Below, one piece after another: positions 58,104 through 64,000 of a stretch of 64,000 nt of DNA. Each line of letters begins with the position of its first letter. Within the stretch, counting starts at the first letter, position 1. The translations under genes and the position numbers were made by a program. This DNA comes from an uncultured Phycisphaeraceae bacterium (lineage in GTDB: Bacteria; Planctomycetota; Phycisphaerae; Phycisphaerales; UBA1924), in assembly GCA_965369025.1 (NCBI GenBank), contig CBDUPB010000002.1:580555-644554 (forward strand). The letters are read 5' to 3'. The notes below the pieces were generated by a model, which saw only the letters and a program-made list of their open reading frames with translations, was not told the DNA's origin and ran no database searches.

Positions 58104-58130
58104 GGATCGGCGGTCCTTGCTCGTCTTTTC
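58104..58130 (-). promoter_or_regulatory. candidate sigma28 (FliA) promoter for flagellin 1
   Basis: Minus-strand GAAA-N15-GCCGATCC versus consensus TAAA-N15-GCCGATAA, about 180 nt upstream of the ATG. Confidence 0.35.
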
Positions 58131-58234
58131 ACCGGGAGGCCCCCGGGGGCTCGAACACTGCGCCGCGCACGCGGCGCAAACCGCACAGGCCGCACAGACG
58201 GAACGACCGAGAACCACAACGCCCCGATAACAAC

Positions 58235-58270
58235 AGACGCCCACGCGCGGTCCGTCGCGCGTGGGCGTCT
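58235..58270 (-). terminator. terminator hairpin after flagellin gene 2
   Basis: 15-bp perfect stem AGACGCCCACGCGCG-N6-CGCGCGTGGGCGTCT followed by CTGTTGTTAT on the minus strand. Confidence 0.6.
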
Positions 58271-58330
58271 GTACAGAAGAGAGGAGGTCTTGATCTCGGT
58301 TCACCGCGTCAGCGCGGCGTGGACCGCGGG

Positions 58331-59863
58331 TTAGCCAAGAAGCGTCAGCGCGTTCTGGGGCTGGCTGTTCGCGATGCTCAGCACCTGCGTCGCCGACTGC
58401 GTCAGGATCTGGCTCCGCGTCAGCTCGCTGGTTTCCTTCGCGAAGTCCGCGTCGCGGATCACCGATTCGGCCGCCAGCGTGTTCTCGAGCGACACGCCGA
58501 GCGAGCGGATCGTCGCCCCGACCGTGTTCTTCTGGAACGCGCCCAGACGCCCGCGAAGCTCGCTGACTTCCTTAATAGCCGCCTTGATGACACGCTGCGC
58601 CTTGGTCAGGTCGCCGTCCACGAGGTTGAGCTCGCGGCCCGCGGCGAGGTTCGACAACTGGAACTCGTTGCCCGATGAGTCCTGATAACGACCCACCTCG
58701 CGGCTGGCGACATTCGAGATGCCGATCGACACCTTGTTGCCGATGTTCACCTCGCCGGCGAGTTGGAAGTCCGCCCCGCCGCCCGTGATGGTGAACGCGT
58801 CGATGTTGCCCAGCGCCTGTGCGGCCGCCGTGGTCAGTTCAAGTTCGACATCGAGGAAGTCGGTGTTGATCCGCGCGACCTTGCCGATCGTCGTTGAATT
58901 GATGCCGTTGATCGTCGCGCCAAGGTCCTGCCCGTAATCGATGATCCGATTGGACGCCGCGACGAAGGTCGTCGCACCGCCGCCGACATCGGCCACATTG
59001 TTGTCCTGGCCGTCGAGGCGGTAGAGCCCGTCGCCGACCGCGCCGGCGTCATCGAGGATGCGCACACCCACGAACTCGTTGGAGCCGAACGCCAGACTGT
59101 CCAGGCGGACGCCGGTCGCCGAGACCGTCGCGGAGACGCCCGTCACATCGCTGAAAGTGTTGATGGTGTCGGCGATGACCTGAAGATCGGTGCCCGACGA
59201 GAACGAGAGCTCGCGGGAGCCCTCGGCGCCGCCGACTTCGATCACGAAGCGATTGCCCGGCGCTTCGGCGCCGCCGCCCAGATCGAGCGTTCCTGCGCCG
59301 AACGAAAGAAACAGCGAACCGACCTGCGCCGACTGGGTCACCTGCACAACGACATCGCGTGTGCCTTCGAAAGTCAGCTTCGCGCCGTTCACGGCGTACG
59401 CGGCGATATCGGGATCGACGGCGTCGACCGTGTAGTCGAAGTTGCCGTTCAGCAGCTTGATGCCCTGGAACGAAGTGGCCGCGGCGACGCGGTCGATGGT
59501 TTGAATAATGGAGTCGATCTGGAGCTGGTTGGCCTGCTTCTCGGCATCGGAGATGCCGCCGTCGTTGGCCGCCTGCGTCACGAGCGACTGGACCTCGATC
59601 AGCAGGCCCTGGATCTCCTGGAGCCCGCCCTCGGCGATGTTGGCCACCTGATCGGCGCGCTCGGCGTTGTCGATCGCCTGCTTGGTGCCGGCCGCTTCCG
59701 ACCGCAGGTTCTCCGAAGCGATCAGACCCGCTGGGTCGTCCTTGCCTCGCGTGATCCGCAGGCCAGTGCTGAGTCGCTCGAGCGTCTGGGAGAGTTGCTT
59801 GTTGTTGACGCCCAGGTTGCGCTGAGCGATGAGCGACTGGACATTCGTGTTGATGCGACTCAT
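58331..59863 (-). CDS. fliC: flagellin (paralog 2)
   Basis: ATG 59863 within ORF 58331..60088. MSRINTNVQSLIAQR..., collinear with paralog 1 along its whole length, C-terminal SQILTQSATQVLSIANSQPQNALTLLG. Confidence 0.93.
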   Translation of the reverse strand: MSRINTNVQSLIAQRNLGVNNKQLSQTLERLSTGLRITRGKDDPAGLIASENLRSEAAGTKQAIDNAERADQVANIAEGGLQEIQGLLIEVQSLVTQAANDGGISDAEKQANQLQIDSIIQTIDRVAAATSFQGIKLLNGNFDYTVDAVDPDIAAYAVNGAKLTFEGTRDVVVQVTQSAQVGSLFLSFGAGTLDLGGGAEAPGNRFVIEVGGAEGSRELSFSSGTDLQVIADTINTFSDVTGVSATVSATGVRLDSLAFGSNEFVGVRILDDAGAVGDGLYRLDGQDNNVADVGGGATTFVAASNRIIDYGQDLGATINGINSTTIGKVARINTDFLDVELELTTAAAQALGNIDAFTITGGGADFQLAGEVNIGNKVSIGISNVASREVGRYQDSSGNEFQLSNLAAGRELNLVDGDLTKAQRVIKAAIKEVSELRGRLGAFQKNTVGATIRSLGVSLENTLAAESVIRDADFAKETSELTRSQILTQSATQVLSIANSQPQNALTLLG

Positions 59864-59869
59864 GACTGC

Positions 59870-59884
59870 CGTCTCCGCGAGACG
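59870..59884 (-). promoter_or_regulatory. small hairpin enclosing the SD of flagellin 2
   Basis: mRNA CGUCUC-GCG-GAGACG, ending 6 nt before the AUG. The only GGAG near the start lies in the loop-to-3'-arm junction. Confidence 0.3.
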
Positions 59885-60023
59885 AGCCCGCACCGATAGC
59901 GCCGGACACGCGCCCTGCGAGTTCCGGACGCGCCGATGCGCGGCGCTTTCCATGGTTCTTGCCTGTCGCGCCCCGTGCTTCGCGGGGGCGCTCCGCCGGA
60001 CCACGCTGGCCGGGGCTCCTTGG

Positions 60024-60031
60024 CTATCGGC
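60024..60031 (-). promoter_or_regulatory. sigma28 -10-like box upstream of flagellin 2
   Basis: Minus-strand GCCGATAG (7/8 to GCCGATAA), about 160 nt upstream of the ATG. The -35 is poor (TATG). Confidence 0.25.
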
Positions 60032-60091
60032 CCTGCCCAAGGCCCACATAACCGCGTTCCAAGATTTTTTGCGGACCACCGCCCTCACAGA

Positions 60092-60142
60092 CCTCCCGAA
60101 AAATGAAAAGAGCCCCCCGGACCGTTCAAGTCAGGGGGGCTC
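60092..60142 (-). terminator. rho-independent terminator after flagellin gene 3
   Basis: GAGCCCCCC-N15-GGGGGGCTC followed by TTTTCATTTTTCGG on the minus strand. Confidence 0.7.
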
Positions 60143-60172
60143 GACGAGAGAGATGGTGGTTCGTATCCGGGC

Positions 60173-61717
60173 TTAGCCGAGCAGGGTCAGGACATTCTGG
60201 AGCTGGGCGTTGGCGGTCGCCAGCACCGAGGTTCCCGCCTGGGTCAGCACCTGAGCACGGGTCAGCTCGCTGGTTTCCTTCGCGAAGTCCGCGTCGCGGA
60301 TCTGCGAGGACGCCGCCGTCACATTCTCGAGCGTCGCCCCGAGCGATCGGACATTGGTCTGGAGCGTGTTCCGCTCGAAGGCGCCGAGCCGCCCTCGGAG
60401 CACCGCGACCTCGTCGATCGCGGTCTCCAGCACCTTGCTGGCCTCGATGAAGTTGCCCGAGAGGAGCGCGTTCTTCCCGCCCGACTTGAGCGTGTTCAGG
60501 AACTGGAGCTCCGTCCCGCCGCCTTGCAGCGCGATCAGCGTTCCGCCCAGGCGCGAATCCGCCAGTGACTGGATGCCGATGTTGGTCTGCAAACTGCTCT
60601 TCACCTGCGGGCCGAGCTGGTACAGCGCGCCGCCGCCGGTCACGGTGAATGTTGTCGGCGTGCTCGGGACCGTCTTCGCGAAGGTCTCCGTCAGGAAGAG
60701 TTCGAGGTCGAGCGATCTGGTCCTGACCGTGATCTGCAATCCATCGCCCGACGCGACGGCGCCGTTGACGATCGCCGTCACATCGCGTCCCTGATCGCGC
60801 TGCGCGTCGATGAGGGTCGCCGTGGTCCAGTCGATCGGCTCGGGGTCGGTGTTCGCGAGGCGCACGGTCGAGAAGAACGCGCCCGGGTTCCCGAGGCGCT
60901 GCACGCTCACGAACGCGGAGTTGCCGTGCTCCGTCGAGTAGAACCGCATGCCCGAGGTGGCGTTCGCGGGGTCGACGAACTCGGCGCGGATGCCGGTGTT
61001 GTCGCTGACGCCGTTGATGCCGTCGAGGATCGCCTGCAGCGAGACGCCTGAGGCGAACTCGAGGACCTGAACGCCCTCGGGGCCGGCGATCTCGAGCGAG
61101 ACGGCCGACGGGGTCGTGCCGCCGCCGGGCAGGATGCCCGGGATGAGCGAGGTCGAGGCGTAGAGACTCGCCTGCTGCGCCGAGGCGATGACCTGCACAT
61201 CGACATCGATGGTGTCACGCGTGCCGAAGCTGACCGCGTTGATCTTCTGGAACGCGATGGCGCTCCCGTCGATGCCGCTGGTCAGGTAGCTCAGCGAGCC
61301 GTCGAGGAGTTTGAGCCCCGCGAACGATGTGCTGTTGGCGATACGCGTGATCGATTCGATGGCCGAGTCGATCTGCAGCTGGTTGGCTTCCTTCTCCTCC
61401 TGGGAGATGGCGCCGGAGTTGGCCGCTTCGACCACGAGGGCCTTGATCGAGTTGAGCAGGTCCGAGGCCTCGGCCATCGCGCCCTCGGCCGTCGCGATGA
61501 CGCCGCTGGCTCGTTCCGAGTTCTTGATGCCCTGCTCGATGCCTGCGATCTCAGTGCGCAGGCGTTCGCTGACGATCAGGCCGGCGGGGTCGTCGGCGCC
61601 GCGGTTGAGCCGCAAGCCCGTCGAGAGCCGCGTGAGCCGGGTCTGAAGGTCGCCTTGTGATCGCGCGAGGTTTCGTTGCGCGATGAGACTCGAGATGTTC
61701 GTCTGTATGCGGGCCAT
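60173..61717 (-). CDS. fliC: flagellin (paralog 3, divergent)
   Basis: MARIQTNISSLIAQRNL, LSTGLRLNRGADDPAGL, C-terminal AQVLTQAGTSVLATANAQLQNVLTLLG. 514 aa. Confidence 0.93.
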   Translation of the reverse strand: MARIQTNISSLIAQRNLARSQGDLQTRLTRLSTGLRLNRGADDPAGLIVSERLRTEIAGIEQGIKNSERASGVIATAEGAMAEASDLLNSIKALVVEAANSGAISQEEKEANQLQIDSAIESITRIANSTSFAGLKLLDGSLSYLTSGIDGSAIAFQKINAVSFGTRDTIDVDVQVIASAQQASLYASTSLIPGILPGGGTTPSAVSLEIAGPEGVQVLEFASGVSLQAILDGINGVSDNTGIRAEFVDPANATSGMRFYSTEHGNSAFVSVQRLGNPGAFFSTVRLANTDPEPIDWTTATLIDAQRDQGRDVTAIVNGAVASGDGLQITVRTRSLDLELFLTETFAKTVPSTPTTFTVTGGGALYQLGPQVKSSLQTNIGIQSLADSRLGGTLIALQGGGTELQFLNTLKSGGKNALLSGNFIEASKVLETAIDEVAVLRGRLGAFERNTLQTNVRSLGATLENVTAASSQIRDADFAKETSELTRAQVLTQAGTSVLATANAQLQNVLTLLG

Positions 61718-61718
61718 G

Positions 61719-61736
61719 GCAATCCTCCGTGATTGC
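61719..61736 (-). promoter_or_regulatory. GGA-hexaloop hairpin at the SD of flagellin 3 (candidate CsrA site)
   Basis: mRNA GCAAUC-ACGGAG-GAUUGC, then C, then AUG. 6-bp stem with GGA in the loop. The SD GGAGGA spans the loop and the 3' arm. Confidence 0.45.
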
Positions 61737-61792
61737 GTCGGGCTCGCCCGTGGGGTATCGACCCCGAGCTCGGGCGCTCAGTCCCTAGTGGT

Positions 61793-62173
61793 TCAGGCGG
61801 TGCGCAGTCCCTTGGACTGCGAGGCGGACGACCCGGCCGCGGCCTGCGCGGATTGCGCAGCGTTCGGCCCCGTTGCGTTTGCTTCTTTCACATGGCCCAC
61901 AGTCGCGCCGGCGATGCCGCGCGGTGCGCGGCCCCCGTTGCGCTGGGGTCCTGTTGAGATCGCGTTCAATGTGCTCAATTCATTCCCGGCAAGGCCTGCG
62001 GCGCGCTCGTTCTCCGCGCGGATCGCCTCGTACACCTCTTTGCGGTGCACCGCGATTCGCGCCGGCGCGTTGATGCCCAGCCGGACCTTATCGCCGCGGA
62101 TGTCCACGACCGTGATCTCGATGTCATCACCGATCATGATCGTTTCATCGCGCTGACGGGAGAGGACCAGCAT
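61793..62173 (-). CDS. csrA: carbon storage regulator CsrA with ~65-aa C-terminal extension
   Basis: ATG 62173 (GGAAGGAG upstream) within ORF 61793..62218. [51 protein letters not shown], then a low-complexity A/G/S/Q-rich tail. Confidence 0.9.
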   Translation of the reverse strand: MLVLSRQRDETIMIGDDIEITVVDIRGDKVRLGINAPARIAVHRKEVYEAIRAENERAAGLAGNELSTLNAISTGPQRNGGRAPRGIAGATVGHVKEANATGPNAAQSAQAAAGSSASQSKGLRTA

Positions 62174-62310
62174 CACTCGGCTCCTTCCTGGCGGCCTCGG
62201 CGCACGCGCGCCGGGCATTGGCCGCCGTCTTCCATGACGGCGACGCTCCCGAACAGAATCATCCGCGTCGCACGCTACACCGCGCGACGCACCGTGCCTG
62301 CCTCAGCCCC

Positions 62311-62757
62311 TCACGCGGATACCGCGCGCTGGGTCTCGGGAAGCGTCATCACATGGTGGCGCGTCGTCCAGCGGCGATCCGCCAGCACGAGCTGCTCGCC
62401 GCTCATGCGCGCCGAGTTCACGACCAGCGGACCCTGCAGGTTCGCCGTCAGTGTCTCGCTCACTTTATTCACGATCACGAAGACCTGGGCGTCGTCGAGC
62501 GACTCGAGCGCAAGCTCTTCCATCTGCTCGGGGCGGATGGGCGCCGAGTAGTCGGGGAAGAACAGGCCCGGGTCCGTGATCACGAACGCCAGACTCGGCT
62601 CCTCGACGCTCTGCAGCCAGAAGAACGCCGCGTCGTCGTTGGGCTGCAGAAGACAGTACCGCGTGTACGCGGAAAACCCGAGCAACCCCTTGGCGAAGGT
62701 GATCACCCTGCTGTCGTCAATGTCCACGATTCCGAATCGCGTGGTCCGCACCTGCAT
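62311..62757 (-). CDS. fliW: flagellar assembly factor FliW
   Basis: ATG 62757 within ORF 62311..62835. MQVRTTRFGIVDIDDSRVITFAKGLLGFSAY, FFWLQSVEEPSLAFVITDP, ANLQGPLVVN. Confidence 0.88.
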   Translation of the reverse strand: MQVRTTRFGIVDIDDSRVITFAKGLLGFSAYTRYCLLQPNDDAAFFWLQSVEEPSLAFVITDPGLFFPDYSAPIRPEQMEELALESLDDAQVFVIVNKVSETLTANLQGPLVVNSARMSGEQLVLADRRWTTRHHVMTLPETQRAVSA

Positions 62758-62913
62758 CGCCGCGCTCCGCACTGGCCTGTTGTTCCATGCTCGTCCCGGC
62801 GCGACTCCCGCGCCGGCTGACATCCTGTCGTTCACCCGCCCAGGCCATAAGGGCGGGACCGGCGCGCGTCCCGCGCACCGGCCGAAACTCCGTTCAATTC
62901 CCTCCGGGGCCGC

Positions 62914-64000
62914 TTAGCCCAGGAAGTCCAGCAGGGAGAGGCCCGTCACCCTCGCCGCCGTCGCCAGGCCCGCCTGGCGCTGCAGTTCGAGGAGGTTGAA
63001 CCTCGTCGAGGCCTGCGTGTAGTCGAGGTCCCTCAGACCGCTGCGAATCTCTTCATCGAGGAGCCGCGCTTCGATCACGCGATCCTCGCCCTTGTCCACG
63101 CGCGACGCTCGAACACCCACAAGGGCACGCGCCCGCACGATCCGATCGATGTCTTCTTCCAATCGCTCACCAGCAAGCTGGATGCCAATCCTGCTGTCCG
63201 CGTCAAGGCCGTTGCGCAACTCCACCAGGGTGCTGAAAATGCTGTCAACGCGCACTCCTGCGCGATCCTCAGCGGCAAAAGTTGCCGGAGCGCCCGCCGT
63301 GAAGCTCGCGTTGAGCAGCCCCAGGTCCGAGGCCGCATACCCGTTGAGACTGCTGACCGAGGTCTGGCCCGCGCCGCCCGAGGAATCCTCGAACACGATC
63401 CCGTTCCCGGTGGTCGCCAGCGTCGCGTTGAACACGGCGCCGAACCCCGCCGTCGCGGCCTCGGCGTTGATCTTCGCGAGGATCGTTCCCGCATCGACCA
63501 AATCCGCCTGGACAAGGTCCACGGTGAAGGTCGAGCCGTCGGTGAGAGTCACGCGGAAATCGACATTGCGGTTCGGATCGGGCAGCCCGGTCACCGGATC
63601 GACCTGACCGTCCGCGATGGTCACGCCCTTGCCGAAGTTGAAGTCGCTGGTCGGGGTTCGATCGCTCAGCGAGCGGATGCCCAGGGTGGTGGCCGCCGTC
63701 CCGCCGCTCTCGCCGACCGACATCGTCAGGCCCGACACCTCGTTGATGACATCGATCGCGCGGCCGTCCTCGTTGATCTCGACCCGGATGCCCAGGTCGA
63801 GCGCCGCAACCGCCGCTCGGAACTGCCCGATCGTCTGCGTCGGGTCCGTCGTCACCGTCCCGATCGCGTCGCCGTTTCGGAACAGAATGTCCCCGAAGGC
63901 CAGCGCGACCGCGGGATCGAGATCGCCCAGCAGAGTGCGGTCGCTGATGACCGGATCGAGGTCCTGATTCGGGTTGGTGTTGACATCGTTCGGAAGCGTG
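62914..64000 (-). CDS. flgL: flagellar hook-associated protein 3 (FlgL), N-terminus outside window
   Basis: The frame stays open from 63855 to the window edge. C-terminal ...DYTQASTRFNLLELQRQAGLATAARVTGLSLLDFLG is typical of the FlgL/flagellin C-terminal helix. Position immediately upstream of fliW. Confidence 0.8.
   Translation of the reverse strand, partial: TLPNDVNTNPNQDLDPVISDRTLLGDLDPAVALAFGDILFRNGDAIGTVTTDPTQTIGQFRAAVAALDLGIRVEINEDGRAIDVINEVSGLTMSVGESGGTAATTLGIRSLSDRTPTSDFNFGKGVTIADGQVDPVTGLPDPNRNVDFRVTLTDGSTFTVDLVQADLVDAGTILAKINAEAATAGFGAVFNATLATTGNGIVFEDSSGGAGQTSVSSLNGYAASDLGLLNASFTAGAPATFAAEDRAGVRVDSIFSTLVELRNGLDADSRIGIQLAGERLEEDIDRIVRARALVGVRASRVDKGEDRVIEARLLDEEIRSGLRDLDYTQASTRFNLLELQRQAGLATAARVTGLSLLDFLG

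Noticed and set aside
57923-61792. Sigma54 (-24 TGGCAC / -12 TTGC) promoters upstream of the three flagellin genes
   Set aside because: Inspection of the minus strand found no properly ordered and spaced GG-N10-GC element. The closest candidates have the two boxes in the wrong order (fliC1) or lack the -12 GC (fliC2, TGGAAC-N5-TTATG).

Overview
High-GC (about two-thirds G+C by eye) bacterial chromosomal segment. I call about 57 protein-coding genes and find no rRNA, tRNA, CRISPR array, transposase or prophage. Several architectures suggest a Planctomycetota (possibly Phycisphaerae-like) genome, which is inference only: PEP-CTERM tails, dockerin-type repeats on secreted proteins, a prepilin-like N-terminus with an H-x9-DG-like C-terminus, Zn-ribbon membrane proteins and GC-rich palindromic intergenic repeats. 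Most of the window is housekeeping: glmS, crcB, rpsL-rpsG, gyrB, fumC, pdxJ, nnrD, tatD, clpS, ndk, xerC-like, FKBP, FNR, ppa-hpt and pgi. Three parts stand out. (1) A complete top6B-top6A (DNA topoisomerase VI) pair lies in a genome that also encodes gyrase, followed by an orphan ANTAR response regulator. (2) A Bacillus-type filament module flgL-fliW-csrA plus three tandem flagellin genes occupies 56.4-64 kb on the minus strand, with GGA/Shine-Dalgarno hairpins in the flagellin leaders and a CsrA carrying a long tail. About 13 kb upstream is a translationally coupled FlgN-like / soluble histidine kinase / sigma54 response regulator operon behind a 905-aa TPR protein. (3) Several families of intergenic palindromic (REP/MITE-like) repeats recur through the window. 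Many very long ORFs in the six-frame track are antisense or alternate-frame artefacts of the GC content, and I rejected them.
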